NCBI GenBank assembly: GCA_020052375.1
Contig: JAGVPG010000021.1
Span: 129,811 to 193,810 of the forward strand
DNA: 64,000 nucleotides
Source of the DNA: Actinomycetota bacterium
GTDB lineage: Bacteria > Actinomycetota > JAHEXW01 > JAGVPG01
Direction of reading: 5' to 3'
Shown: positions 63,880 through 64,000 of the stretch, piece by piece
Position numbering within the stretch: the stretch's first letter is position 1
Layout of the letters: every line of letters begins with the position of its first letter
The notes under the pieces: generated by a model
Told to the model about the DNA's origin: nothing
The model's input: only the letters and a program-made list of their open reading frames with translations
The model's database searches: none
Position numbers and translations under genes: made by a program

Positions 63880-64000
63880 GGCGTCGACGAAGAAAGACGG
63901 GGTGTCCTTATTCGGCGTAAACTCTATATTGACGGCATATTCGTCCGGATATTTGTTCGCGCTTTTTTCGACCGGATTTATCTTAAGAGTGGAAGGTGTG

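Noticed and set aside
1-64000. Near-exclusive minus-strand coding (60 of 63 genes) as evidence of a horizontally acquired island or phage.
   Set aside because: Gene content is conserved housekeeping (aaRS, ribosomal, arg, aro). Strong co-orientation is typical of leading-strand gene bias in Firmicutes replichores rather than a mobile element.

Overview
This 64 kb window reads as a conserved chromosomal core region of a monoderm, Firmicutes/Clostridia-like bacterium. The taxonomic call is my inference from gene content: a FemAB protein, a class A PBP carrying a PASTA domain, a VanW protein, yqeG-aroE and aroQ-pepP-efp synteny, and a type IV pilus locus with no secretin gene. About 63 protein-coding genes are tightly packed, and all but three sit on the minus strand. 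From the 5' end the modules are: (1) a cNMP-binding protein next to a cNMP-binding/class III adenylate cyclase paralog; (2) an aminotransferase, a VanW protein, a phosphohexomutase, and a sugar-1-P nucleotidyltransferase fused to a phosphohexomutase-like domain, followed by an HIT protein; (3) a small plus-strand pair made of a SHOCT/DUF2078 Met-rich membrane protein and a Met-rich membrane-anchored c-type cytochrome; (4) tyrS, a PASTA-containing class A PBP, a Nif3-like protein, alr, FemAB and PolX; (5) a complete argCJBD-argF-argR-argGH operon with a palindromic ARG-box-like operator over its promoter; (6) pheST, infC-rpmI-rplT, a FabK/NMO-like gene, efp and pepP; (7) a large type IV pilus (T4P) locus interleaved with shikimate-pathway genes. 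That locus holds two tandem PilB ATPases, PilT, PilC, two tandem major pilins, two paralogous PilV-PilW-PilX/K minor-pilin modules, an excisionase-family HTH gene fused to the head of the pilMNO operon, and aroE / aroC-aroK-aroB-aroQ; (8) yqeG-like HAD, mltG, ruvX, alaS, an AI-2E transporter, DUF948 and rarA. I could not identify any rRNA, tRNA, CRISPR array, IS element, integrase or clear defence island. The most distinctive signals are: a 10-mer (ACTAAAGTTA on the coding strand) shared by three T4P promoter regions and tied to an imperfect palindromic direct repeat upstream of the HTH gene; heptamer-periodic purine-rich tandem repeats in many intergenic leaders; a catalytically degenerate phosphohexomutase domain; a likely non-canonical start for infC; and the Met-rich cytochrome c / SHOCT pair.
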